DNA of 64,000 nucleotides. Source: Tubiluchus corallicola. Its lineage: Eukaryota > Animalia > Priapulida. The stretch is taken from the NCBI GenBank assembly GCA_030141605.1, contig JAQGDQ010000329.1, positions 62,001 to 126,000 of the forward strand, written 5' to 3'. This document shows, in pieces, positions 13,560 through 27,258 of this stretch; position 1 is the stretch's first letter, and every line of letters starts with the position of its first letter. A program made the translations under genes and the position numbers. The notes below the pieces were generated by a model. It worked only from the letters and a program-made list of their open reading frames with translations. It was not told the DNA's origin and did not search any database.

Positions 13560-14650
13560 CGTCGCCAAAGTGATAAACCGTAAATATTTAATGCAAATGT
13601 TTTAAAAAGTAGTATTTTTACTCCTAGTACCTCGATATGAGCAAATTAATTCGTGCATACAATTTTCCTTTCTGGATTATCAAGTCACAATCGTCTTGGT
13701 TATCACTTGTCAACCAATACCCAAAGTATTTTCCTTTGCTAGTTTCTCTTATACAATGCCATTAAATGTTACTTTTTCCAAAGTTTCTGCCAGATACAGA
13801 TTTAGAGCTGATTGTCATAACCTTTGTCTTATTTGTATTTACTATAACATGAGTGACACCATAAGTAACAAAACAGTTTACAAGAGCCTGAAGCACAGAT
13901 ATTGTCGTAGCTAAAATACGTGTGTCATCAGCATATATTAAATGATTTACAACCTTATTGCTAGCGTGACAACCAATACCGGCCTGAGAAAGTGCTTCAC
14001 TTAGATCATAGTTGTAAAAATTAAAATTACTTGAAAGTACGCTGCCTTGACGTACTCCATTCATTGAAGTAAAATGACTAGAGATATATCCATTCCATGT
14101 AACTGACTACGTGACTGCTATACCAAAAGCAGGGCCTATTTCAGCTTAAGCGATGGCCGGGGAAGTGGGGCGTGTGAGACCCCCTCAAGGTTGGAGCGGC
14201 GAAGCGCCGGGGGGGGGGCGGGCGCCACCATGGTTGGCACCCAGAAAATTTTTGAACTGCTAGAACGCCGGAGAAGCATTTTCGAAGAGAAAATATGGAG
14301 TTATACAGTTGTTAAAGGAAAGAACAATTGAAAGAAAAACTGCTTTATTCTCAAGACCAGTCCTTAATACTTGTCAATACTGGCAAACGGCGCGCGTGCG
14401 GCAAGAGAGAGGAGGTAGTATGTTCGCATAAAGCAAAAAATGTTAGCTCAGTGCGAGGCCCCGGGGAAGTATCCCCACTTACCCCCCTGAAATAGGGCCT
14501 GACCAAAAGTACAACAATCTAACCATAATATTTGGCATATCAATATTATCTATCATTTTTAGGAACTGCTTATGATAATTAACACGATCAAATGCTTTGC
14601 TACCATCTATAAAGCATATATGTACAGGAGTGCATTTCTCATTGTAAAAG
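13560..14650 (-). pseudogene. Degenerate non-LTR retrotransposon reverse transcriptase fragment (RTE-X/CR1-like), split by a MITE
   Basis: Motifs CFIDGSKAFDRVN, VRLLYFW, NGVRQGSVLS and NHLIYADD in RT order across frameshifts. Confidence 0.8.
14130..14501. mobile_element. hAT-type MITE inserted into the RT remnant
   Basis: 15-bp TIRs cagggcctatttcag / ctgaaatagggcctg (1 mismatch); 8-bp TSD accaaaag at 14122-14129 and 14502-14509. Confidence 0.88.
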
Positions 14651-16967
14651 TCAATAACTTCTTCCACGTTACTTACGTTGGTTTCCGGCATTAGTCTGGA
14701 GACAAAGGTTATGGCTCTAGACCTCATTACCTTTAAATCCGTGACACTTTTAGACCCGCGGTCTTTTATTACCTGCGCGTTTATTATCGAGACCATTTAT
14801 TATGTGGCTTTTGGTTTTTCACCACCCGTCTGTGTGTACATGTTGTATTATAATTGCGTGTAATGTAATGTGATCATTGAGGCAAATAAACGTCTTGGAT
14901 GAATGCAATTTTCGTTTGTACTTCTTTGGTTTCACTACCAGCCAGATTGATTTAGGCATAGTTGCCCGAGCACTAGCACTTTTCCATGTTTTGTTAGTTG
15001 CTGAAGTTGTTGTAGGTCTGAGGTTATATGTACATTTACGCAAAATGACTTTAAATGGTTAATGTTACTTTCTGCACAGATTGTAAAAGCTCGTGTATCA
15101 TGTCTGTATAGGAGAATTTTACCATGGCTGTGTAATGTGGGTTATTAAACTCATGCAATTTACTTCAGAGATGGCAAAAACGGCACACGTTTTACCTCCG
15201 TAGTACAGTAAGAAAAATGTCTTACTTGTTTTTGACATTTTTGCGAGATTGATCCCCTACTGACCCACCCACAAATGGAATCAATACGAATAATCGAAAA
15301 ATACAGAGGAGTAATGCATGGAACTTCGGCTGCCAGTTCTAATCTAATAAATTACCAATTTTATTATTTTTAAACCAGCATCAACTGACAAAACAATTTA
15401 TGCAGTAAAGTAGTTTAGCAAAACTACCAAATCGTCAGTTACCAACAGTAATGATTTATGCATTCATAATGATACTTCAGTATGCTCAAATTTGTAACAA
15501 GAAATGAAGTATTTGTTCAAATGTCTGAATCCTTTCATTGTTTCGTGACATAACTGTTTAGAGACCTGTGTGCGTTCAACTTTGCAGTTTTGTGAAAAAA
15601 AAATCAATTCTTTGTTAGTAACAACGGCTTTTTTTGATAGTCTACATTTGCCATCAATTGATGTAGATAATGCCGGATAAGTTGTCTTTCAATATCAATA
15701 CTGAAAATCAATGATATTATTTCTTTAATTATAGGTCTAAGACTTTTAACCATTTCCATGATCAAAGATGACGAAGATGTGTGTCCCAAATTATGGTGAG
15801 GTATGATTGCAGGTGAGATGTATAAGGAGTTAAGTATAATTTTTTAGTAAAAAGTCGCAACTGTTTAACTGCAGTAACGAACCGCGATTTGTGATCACGT
15901 TGCATTTTAGTTTCTAGCCAATTTATGGTCGTAAATTAACTTAAAAGAAAACCGGACGATTGTGTAAACATTAGTTCAAAATAAAGAACGCTCTAATATA
16001 TTGAAAACTACAATAACTTTTTTTGAAATCAGAGCTTAGATTAAATAATAATTTCCTCGGATCCTCAAATTATGTTAGACTTTCAAAACTACGCGCTGCT
16101 CAGTGAATCTACTAAGATTGGTAACGACGCCTTTTTGTCACATGCGCATGCCCGACAAACAGATGGCGGTACCGTGATGACCATGATCATGAACTGTAGT
16201 GTTAGTTTCTGACGTCATATGACGTATAAGCCCATTTTCCTGACATCACGCGTTTAAGCAGTAACACTTACGCAAACGTGCTTGACGCGCAAGGGAAGAT
16301 GCTTGCCATTGCGCAAACTGTGGTTAGTTTCTGACGTGAGCAATAGGTGTGCTCGGTTGCCGTTAATTAACTTTCTAAGTTATATTTGTTCAAATATAAA
16401 AAACTTGCTAACTTTTATAGACAAGAAAATGTATATTTTGGACCGTAAACTAAAATAAGGTTGATCTAAACAATCGACCGGTTTCCTTTAATTTATCTCT
16501 TGACTTTTTTTGAAATTTGTATAAAAATGCACTGTTAAAAGCAACTAATGGACTGTTCCAAGAATGGGCCCAATAAGTCAGCCCTGTCACATGTTGTCAC
16601 TGTTGTTGTGGACGCAGTCAAAGCAGACATCTTGTTTACTTTAGCCTAAAACACCAAAGAGCCAACGATGTAGATATGATACCACTTCGTCCATTTAATG
16701 TTTTCTTTCAAGCTGAAACCGAGGGCATGGTTTTACCTGTCTGGCTTTCTAACAGCCTTACTGTGTCTTTGGCCTAAAGTGATTTCCTGTTCATCGGGTC
16801 AGCCTTGATGCCATCACTGTTTCAGAATAACGGTTCTAACAATAAAATGTTCCTGCACAAAATGACAGATCAAATAATTGCAAGCGTAATTATTACTATA
16901 ACTAGATCGAGACCTTTCGTTTGATGTATAGATCGCCGCAAATGGTGCCGCCGTCGATATATATTGG

Positions 16968-17008
<41 letters not shown>

Positions 17009-17059
17009 TCTTTGTTTGTATAATATATATATATATATACCAGTGAAGTTAATATATAG

Positions 17060-17545
17060 ACTAGCAAAGGCCCCGCAAAAAATTTGCTTATAAATACACT
17101 TATAATCAATAATACGCGAACATCCTACACAGTCCTCATTTATAACGCAAAGCCAGCAGCAGCAGCTTTTACTGAATTAAAGTTATAGGCGAGTATACCA
17201 GGCAGAGTATAATGGATGACGTCACAACAATGGCTTTGCGTCCGGGAAAACTCCCATTACGGGACGCCGTGGCCCTCTCGCGAATTCTAAATATACCTGC
17301 TACACCCACCGTTGAACGGGCTATCTATCCATAGCCAGCACCACCCATGACCCATTCCCGTTCTCCAGAAGTTAGACGTATAAGTTTTGAAAGATGGCCA
17401 CTTTTGGAGGTTTTTCCCGGTAGGCCCGGTTCGAAAAATAAACCATCAATGGCACGACACTAGATCGACACCTTTCGTTTGATATATAGATCGCCGCAAA
17501 TGGTGCCGTCGTCCAAGCTGTAGCCTCGAATCTTATATACATATC
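17060..17545 (-). mobile_element. Non-autonomous Helitron-like element (partial second copy at ~16900-16957)
   Basis: Minus-strand 3' end has a gcaaa/tttgc hairpin then CTAG; block ctagatcga(g/c)acctttcgtttgat...gatcgccgcaaatggtgccg occurs twice; flanked by (TA)n. Confidence 0.5.
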
Positions 17546-18734
17546 ATATATATATAACAATACCAGCAGAATTAATATATGCGATGAATGGCACCTAATA
17601 GGTACTAGCAGTTTACGATAACTTTCATTTCGTAGTTTACTTCCAGGGATTACTTTCTATTGTGTTAGCTTGGCTATTTACAAAACTCAATACCTAGCTG
17701 ACGTAAGATTAAAAATATTTTTTTATTGTTTTTGTTGCAGTATTGGAAGTGATATGTGATTGGTTCTGATATCGCAAGTGTGGTAGTAAGTAGCCACTGC
17801 CACCCGGAACCGTAAAAGTGGGCGAGTGAGTCGGAAGCAAAGGGAGCAAAGAGGAACAACCTCAGCTTAGCCTATAGGCAAGTTTTAGCCAACTGTTATT
17901 ACTTCGTTAGAACGCTCGTTTGTTAGAACTTTCATACCTGGCGAACAGTGGTGATTAATTACTAGACGTAAACGGTTTTACCCAAAATCCCACAAGAAAA
18001 CATCTGTAAAAATTAAGACGTTACGAGAACCCACTAATTCTCACTGTCAGATCTGAAGCAAAGAACCTCATTACAGTGAGTTCTCAAAATATCATCATTA
18101 TAAATAAATCTTTTTATAAATGCAGTATTGCGGGATTTTGTTGTAAAAATTTGATTAATTTTGATGTCCATGATATAAATTTTATATTTTTATCAGGTTT
18201 CGTGTAATTTTGTGTTAAAACTCTCCAGGGTACTGATATATGTACTGAAAAGTATACTGAATATATATTTTGCAGATTTGATAATACCTTAACTAATATT
18301 ATTTATTGTATTTTGTACATAAGAGACTTATAAAGCGTGACTTATAAGAAGTTAAACAGGTTTAACAACCCTTTTTTTGTAATCGAGGCCTGCAGCAATG
18401 CTAATAACTTAGCGAGTGTCCCTAGCTTAACTGTATAATTGCTCCGTATATTATCTCTCAACTGACCATACGATGTTGTGTGAAATGATTTTTCTTGCTG
18501 CATAGGTTTTTGCGAAAAAAATCGGAAATTTTTTGACTTTTTCGAATTATCTGTCAGCAATTCCGTTCACCATTTTCCACACGCCCTAAGTGTCGAATGG
18601 GCCTTAGGGTAAGAAGGGCAATAGCCAGTCAAATGCTTTGCTGAATTGGTGTGTGACTTTTACTGGTGTGCTCGCGTAGTGGAGTTAATGGCGATGAAGT
18701 GAAAAAAAGCTCATACTGTTACTTTGATTCCGTG

Positions 18735-21700
18735 ATGTCTAAAGCAAATTGTGTTACAAAAACTATTGTTATTGCTTCTTTGTTGTCATTCTTTACCGTC
18801 GTTCATTTTCACAACAGAACAAACAGTGGCTATGCAAGTAATAAAGGTAAAATACCAAAGCTTCGTAATGACCACAGTCACAAAGATCACGATGATTGCA
18901 TCGAATACCTTGGACCAAAATCACTCGTTAACACATACGAGCTTGATTCAGTATCAAGTCAGTTAGTTCCAGGAACAATGAACAGAACGACACGATGTTT
19001 GAATGTAGGTAAACATATTACTGATGGTGTTTTGTGACACTATTTCGTTGGAGCAAAAATTTATACTAATTTGATTGTAGTAGAAATTTGTTAAAAATTA
19101 AATTAGCTTCGCATTCACAAAACCTTTATTTTGATGATCTTAGCATATTAATTCTTTTATCTAAAAATAATCAGCATTTAGGTGGCTGAAAACATGTTTT
19201 TAGAATAAGAATTGCATTACATTGTGAAGTCATGTCATACTAGCAATAAAAACAAAAATCAATATACTTGAAAATAGAATCACAGTATTCACTGAACTAA
19301 AAGTATTTTACTAATTCCGGGCTGCGTTGTACAAGAATAACTCAACAGCACACTTTTGTCAATCCAGGACTAGACATCTCAAACTTTCTAATGTTGCTGT
19401 ACATTTACCAGTTTTTTTTTCTTGCAGCATATTGTATTAAAGATGTGGGATCAACATAGTATAATTTATTTAAATGATGCCTTATTTCATGACTTCATTT
19501 CTTATCTCAACAGCTTACAAAATCCTTATTTTAATATGTTATGTTAACACTTAGTTTAATATATTACTGTTAGTCTGTAACGAAAATTCAGTTTTAAAAA
19601 TAATAACGCTGTGTGTAATAATAAATATATAACTAGATTTATAATCATTATGCACGTAGTTGTTTGTGATTTGTGAAACTGAGATTGATTGATTTTTTGA
19701 CCTGTTTGAATTGCCAGTTTGTCAACTGTTAAAGTCTTGTACTACTGTGTTATGTCTATTATAATTGTGTAAGGTATTTTCATTTTGGTTTATCCGTTAC
19801 TTTACATACACTAAAAAGGCTTCAAGTAATTAATTAACAAAAACATCTTTCTTTAGTTACTAACACAGTTTTATTATAAATATATAATACTTATATTTAT
19901 TACATAATTATGTCTCGCAACAAGCTGCTAATAGTGTCACTCGATTAACCAAATTAGTATGAATGTCGTACAGATAAGGTTGGCTGCTAGGTGACTTCAT
20001 GGTCTTTCACTACCCTCTCTCAACATAGTGTTTATAATCTTAAAGAATTATTCTATAGTATTATGTGTGTAAATTCAAAAGTCTTAGGCCTTGCCTTGCA
20101 TTGCCTTGCCTTGTCTTGTCTTGCCTTGTCTTGTCTTGTCTTGTCTTGTCTTGCCTTGCCTTGCCTTGCCTTGCCTTGCCTTTCTTGTCTTGTCTTGTCT
20201 TGTCTTGTCTTGTCTTGTCTTGTCTTGCCTTGCCTTGCCTTGTCTTGTCTAGTCTTACATTGTTTTGTCTTGTTTTTTCTTCTCTTGTCTTGTCTTGTCT
20301 TGTCTTGCCTTGTCTTGCCTTGCTTTGCCTTGTCTTGCCTTGCCTTGAATTGTCTTGAGTTGCTTTGGCTTGCCTCGCCTCGCCTCGCCTCGTCTCGTCT
20401 CGTCTCGTCTCGTCTCGTCTCGTATCGTCTCGTCTCGTCTCGTCTCGTCTCGTCTCGTCTCATCTCATCTCATCTCATCTTATCTTATCCTATCCTACGT
20501 CTGCGACTTGTGGTACCAATAGGCTTCGGTACGCTCATTATTCACTGTCACCTCCTAGTATAAATGATGCCTTTTGCGCTTTATCTCTAGGCTGGAATTC
20601 GCTATCTCGACGACTACAAAAATCCATGTTTTTACGTTACAAATGTAAGCGCGACAAATGCACACGGAGGTAAGAAAATTCAAATATTTGCACAATAAAC
20701 TAACATGTGTGAAATTATTTAATGCTTGTTGGTCAATTAAGAAAGAAAACATTAAATGTGGTGAAAAGGCATGATGAGTACTAGGCAGTAGAAGAAAAAT
20801 TGTGTTTTTTATGCTTTTCGTTCTGTTTCTTTTATCGCAATATAAACAATTTTTTAGTTTCTTGCAGATTTGTATAGTCTTAGGCTTTGTATTTTAAACC
20901 TTGTATTTTAACTGCTGTCTGAGTAATTCAAGTATTAGCAAATTCATTTTCTTTGAAGTGAGAAATGCATTAATTTCTTTTTAGCTACGTGTATCTATCA
21001 CGATGTATATGTTTGACTAACGAAATTTCTCTCAAGCTCAAGCTGTTAGATGATTATTTTTTTAGGAAAAGTTTTGAAGTGTTTACCATATGTGTACATA
21101 ATTGGTGTCCAAAAATCAGGAACAACGACTATTAATGCGATATTGTCAAAGCATTCTGATTACGTTTCAAGTGGTTTCAAGGAGAAACATTGGTGGGAGC
21201 ACTACCGAATCAAAAAACGTATTCACACTTAATTATTACATCTAATGTTACAGTACATTTACCAGTTTTCTTCCTTTTTTTCTTGCAACATATTGTATTA
21301 AAGATGTGGGATCAACATAGTATAATTTATTTAAATGATGCCTTATTTCATGACTTCTTTTCTTATCTTAACAGCTTACTAAATCTTTATTTTAATATGT
21401 TATGTTAACACTTAGTTTAATATGTTACTGTTAGCCTGTAACGAAAATTCAGTTTTAAAAATAATAACGCTGTGTGTAATAATAAATATATAACTAGATA
21501 TAACTATAATCATTATGCACGTAGTTGTTTGTGATTTGCGAAACTGAGATTGATTGATTTTTTGACCTGTTTGAATTGCCAGTTTGTCAACTGTTAAAGT
21601 CTTGTACTACTGTGTTATGTCTATTATAATTGTGTAAATTGTTTTCATTTTGGTTTATCCGTTACTTTACATACACTAAAAAGGCTTCAAGTAATTTTAA

Positions 21701-24700
21701 TTAAATTAAAGTTAACAAAAACATCTTTCTTTAGTTACTAACACAATTTTATTATAAATTTATAATACTTATATTTATTACATAATTATGTCTCGCAACA
21801 AGCTGCTAATAGTGTCACTCGATTAACCAAATTAGTATGAATGTCGTACAGATAAGGTTGGCTGCTAGGTGACTTCATGGTCTTTCACTACCCCCTCTCA
21901 ATATAGTGTTTATAATCTTAAAGAATTATTCTATAGTATTATGTGTGTAAATTCAAATGAGACTAATAAATCAAATCCAATCTAATCCAATCCATTCTAA
22001 TCTAGTCTAGTCTAGTCTTGCATTGTCTTGCATTGTCTTGTCTTGTCTTGTCTTGTCTTGTCTTGTCTTGTCTTGTCTTGTCTTGTCTTGTCTTGTCTTG
22101 TCTTGTCTTGTCTTGTCTTGTCTTGTCTTGTCTTGTCTTGTCTTGTCTTGTCTTGTCCCGTCCCGTCCCGTCCCGTCCCGTCCCGTCCCGTCCTGTCTTG
22201 TCTTGTCTTGCAGATGACGCAGTAATACCTCTTTATGCATTGTATATAGACGTGTAGACAGGTAAAGGCAGAGAAACTTTTTAATGACTGTTTTCAAGGC
22301 TGCAACACTTATCGTGAATTTTTTATTAAGTGATTTTAGTTTGATTATTTTGATTTAGTTAGATTTAATTTGAAACCAAATCACCAAAAACATCAAACTC
22401 CAAAATAGAGTTCCAAATTTTGATTACAAAAGTTTTTCCTAGAGCGAGAAACACAACCGTTTTGAGCCAAAATCAAGTAACATCTCCAAACTAGTCCAAA
22501 AAAGTTCCTACTCAAACAGGTGTCAATCCACCAATCAAATTTGGTGAAAAAAGTAGGACCAGTTAGACTAATTATTGTGTAAATAAAATACATTAATATA
22601 AGTACAGACTTGTGAATTTCAATCGAGTTCTCAAAGGCACTCATCCATGGCTGAATTGTGTAAATAAAATGACGTTCCAATTTGAGTAATCTAGGCCTAC
22701 AGCAAAATTTGATTCCTCTGTTTGGCATTTAGAAATTTACATTAATTAAAAAAAACAATAAAATATTGTAAAAACAATGACGCTGTTAAGGACTACGCTT
22801 CTCGAGTGATAGTGTTTATTCATTGTTACAAGTATCTCTCCTAAACCTGTTTTTACAATGTACATTTGGGTCTATGTAAACTAGTTTTGTAAACAATTAG
22901 CTGTCTAATTACTTGAATATAGGCATATTTCTCATATATATAGTTGTAACTTTGCAACTTCTTTCTGGCTAGATTGGAGTGACATAACACTGCGTTATGG
23001 AACTTCAATTCCTCGTTATGGAGGATAATCCGCAGCCAATTATCGGTATTTAGTCGTTATATCTGTATTTTTGGTACGTAAATCGTTTCATTCATGTTCA
23101 TTTTGACGTAGTTACCAATTCACTGTAGCCAATGGCTCTTACGTGCTCTATTTTTCTCTCTATTTTTGCTTTCTGATCAAACTTAGTGTTTAGCTTTATT
23201 TAGTCGCATCATCGTAATCATGTAATCGTTCTAATCCTTGTACATACCATTTCTGAAATGTTTGTAATGCAATAATACCTGTTAACTTTATTGTACTTGT
23301 TTTCTATAAACCCAATTTCGAGATTAACAAACTTTATTTCAATTACATATTTGCACCTGGCGAAATGCGGAATTTAACTTTAAAATACCAGGGTTTTCGG
23401 TCGTCCATTAATTGCTTTCCTCCTTTTTGTAAAGAGCTAAAAAGAATAAAAGTTCAAAATATTTACAAAAATAAAACTAAAACGTCAAATTTCTATTTTT
23501 TACCCGCGTTCGCAACAAAGTTCGCGAAACCCGTACTTTACCAGCTATTTGTATCCATGTTTGCAACAGACGCAGAAAAGTAAAACTACAAGTGGAGACA
23601 TCATAAACCTCAAACGGAAAATACAGAAACGCCAAAACGACAAATGGTCAAACAGAGATATATAAACGAAAAAACATTTTCTTTAGAAAAATAAACTTGA
23701 CTTTAAAACTAATAAATTGATTAATTAAAAATAATTTTGGTTTTTTTGTTGCTAGAAAACGAGAAGCTGAACAGGACAGGATACATTCCTTTACTTTCTT
23801 CCAATGGGGCTATTATAAAGGTAAAAAAAAGTTCTGATACTAACGACATTATTAATTATTAGTGAGTGCCGACCGGAAGTTAATAGTAGCTGTGCCTGTG
23901 CGCTGACTTATGAAATGTAGTACAGTATTTACAGCATTAAAGCATCTAGAATACTAATCCGTCATTTAATAATTGAAAATCACGTTAGTGGCTTATATAG
24001 CTCTTATAGACATCTAGAGCCCGTTTCCATTGTTGTGAATAAATTTATAAATCGACAAATTGGTAGTGAATTAATGGAGTTATCAGCTGAATTAGATTCA
24101 GTTGATAAATCTCATGCCACAGCCCCCCCCCCCCGATTCCATAAGTTAAATTTATTGGTTGACAGAGAAACTCACCCAGCTGATAAGTGCGGATTTAATG
24201 CGACGAAATTATTGCACATTGTAGAGGAACACCGGTGTCTATTTACGCGAAGACACTATTGTCTCGTATAAACCCATGCAGAGTTACAGTAATTAACGGA
24301 ATAACGGTAGTAGGCAGATGTCTTATGAAGATGACTTTATGGTCCTCACCAAGGTCTCTACCAGCGCTCGGAGACATTGGAGGAAGAGAAATCTAAAGAG
24401 TTGCCGACGACCGAAAGAGATCTCACGGAGCGAAAGAATTCGAAGACCACCTTGCTGATCGTAAAGGCAGAAATCACATAGCAGGAGATGTCACCTGCCG
24501 CCGGTTTCGCCATATGGTGCATTCTTTAGCAAGGTCAGCTCTTCAAAATATAAACTCTGAGTTTTAGACTACTCGACACACATGGCGGTGTGCGGCACGA
24601 GAGTCACACACACACGGGATCTCAGACACGAGATCACACGCACATCGAAGAGGAGAATCTGACAGTGTGTCCGGGACAGCTTCTAGGAAAGAAGATCATC

Positions 24701-27226
24701 GTTTGACACCAGTGTAGAGGAGTTCTGCGTTCTCAGTAATAGACTGGGCACTGGATCAACGAAAGTCTCGTTAAACTATTTGGAGTTGACCGAGTGTACG
24801 GGGTACATTGTGGTCAATCCACAAGTTAAGTGTAATTCACACATTTGTATCTGAGAGTACCTCTGCATAACTGTAGTTCACATTGTTTTAAGCACCTTAA
24901 GTGCAGCATACTGAATCGTTGTCAAGTAAATTGTATGAGCATCTTTTCTGGAGCTATACATTAATTGTAAACGCTCACCAGCGTATAAGGACAAATCGTG
25001 TAAAGCAATCCAGTTTAGATAAAGTGTATTTTGCGATTGAATAAATACAATTCACTGTGGTAACTTAGATAACGAGTTCTTGTATGATTAAGAGCGTTCA
25101 AAGTAAAGCAACACTAAATCCTAGATACGAACTTGAGAGATTCGCATTGTACTAAAGAAAGCTCAATTGCGGGAGCTAAGCTTGTAAACTTGAGGGATAA
25201 AGATCTGACTCACTCACAACGCACGGTCAAAGTGAAAGTCTTGAAGGACCGTATCATTGCCTGATAGACTTAACTAAAGCCCTCGGAGCCAGGTGATAGA
25301 ATCATCTTGTAGCAAACGAAGAGCGAATCTGTAAAATCAATCAATCTATACAATCTATAGATATAGTTCACGATCACTCGATACGGCTAGATAACACTAT
25401 ACGATCACTCTATCGAGAAAAAGGAACGTGACACCATCATAATACACGAAAAAAGTGACAACGATTTTTTTGCAAATTGCTCAACTGTGCCATTTTTTAG
25501 CTCTTCGTTAATTTAATTTTTTCACACTCTTTTATTATTTTTATTAGAATTACATTTTTCTACCTTCTTGGGTATTTGCAAGTTGCGCATACGTCTCCCC
25601 ATCTAGCGTCTAAAACTACAAATGGCTGATATTCCATAATTCGTTGTAAAATTCGTTCAAGATTGGTAAATCGAATAATTTTTAGCAGATAAAATTTGTT
25701 TGGAAGCTTATGGTAATACACGAGCGCTTAGAGTATCTAAGCAATCGCTTATCTAAGCAAACTCTTATAGATATGAATTCCACAGAGAATGAATGGAGCA
25801 ATTTCATATAAAAGAATGTTAGTCAAGCTTGCATGCTGATTTGGAAAAACCAGCAAGATCATATATTATAGCCCTTCCACAGCAGTTAGATATATCATAT
25901 GCAGTAGTAAAAATAAATCTCAACCACGAAGCGATGTTTGGATGGATGATACTTGGAAATCTGAGTTGCTGGTTAAAGCGAGAATTGGTGCACTAGCGTT
26001 GAGAAGAAATCCATTATTCAGTTGGAAATTTCATAAAAATCAAAAGTTTGTCATTTAAATCATAAAGAAAGAAACAAAAACTGTTTATTACTTGGAGACA
26101 TTGTTAATAAGACTTCACAGTTTCGCTATGCGCACGCGCAATTGCTATATGTCAAAGGTTAAGTTTACCACGGCAACGCGTCTTAACTACAACCGCCACG
26201 TGAAATGTGAGTAAGGCAAAGCCGTCTGCCGCGTTAGTTCAGTAACTTGTTTTATGTAGTCTTTACTTAATTATGCATCAGTCTGTGCGTAGAGTGATCT
26301 TGCTTGAGAACAAGTCAAAATGAACTACGTGTGGTTCTAGCTAACTGTTATACTGTTACTATTACAATAGCATGGGCTGCGAGGTGTTGTCTGTGTACGC
26401 GAATGCGTTGTCTAGTACACTTAACCTTTGACTTTTTACGATCATAATCAATTGCTGGAACTGTGAAAAGGCTTATTATAAAAACTGTCGTGCTATTGTT
26501 AGTTTTCATTGAGTTTAAAATGGTGCATAAGAGCGGAAGGAAAAGCTTATAATGTATATAAGCTTAGTGTGCCAGAAACTTTCTTTGTGAGATAATGAAA
26601 AAGATAGTGTACTAAATAATTGTGTTCAACTTGGGCTTCACCTTCAGCAATGCTGGGGCCGGTTTCACAAAGCTGTCACTAAGTTAAGGACGCCGTTATT
26701 ACATTCACTTGACTATTAGTAACGACGACGTTAAGTTAGTAACGGCTTTGTGAAACTTTCTGACGCCACAATTGTAAATATTGAAAAAAACTCATGACAC
26801 GAAAAGTGAAAACGTAAACGAAAAAACATCACGGCGAAGCAGACCGCCAGCGTGTAACCCGAAAACAACGTCATCTTTTACAGATTCAAGGCATGGGAGG
26901 ACAACTTTGGAAAAATATCTGAATATTTTTGAAAAGGCAAACAAAGAGATCAATGAGCATATTAGTAATTCATTTCACAGTAAAATTACAGGTATGCAAA
27001 CTTAGCATAATAATAGGAGAAAACTTGAATTAACAACGACAGGATGACGTGTACTTATTAAACTAAACATTTTCTGAGAGAAACGAAATGTTAAAATCTT
27101 GAAATTAAGGTTATTTGAATCACATTAATAACTAATTATGCTGATGGTTTATTGTGTGTGTGTGTGTGTGCGTGTGTGTGTGTGTGTGTGCGTGCGTGCG
27201 TGTGAGTGCGTGCGTGTGTGTGTGCG

Positions 27227-27258
<32 letters not shown>

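Noticed and set aside
14680-15830. Possible decayed transposase or Penelope-like coding remnant
   Set aside because: Coding-like composition, but no diagnostic motif could be read
19991-20673. Long ORFs with LVLSC / RQDKT / SSRLV repeats (also 22007-22297)
   Set aside because: Translations of stop-free pentanucleotide microsatellites; intronic, with no coding evidence
22973-23046. Possible extra sulfotransferase exon ([17 protein letters not shown])
   Set aside because: In-frame TAA and wrong end phase; exons 3 and 4 already join in phase
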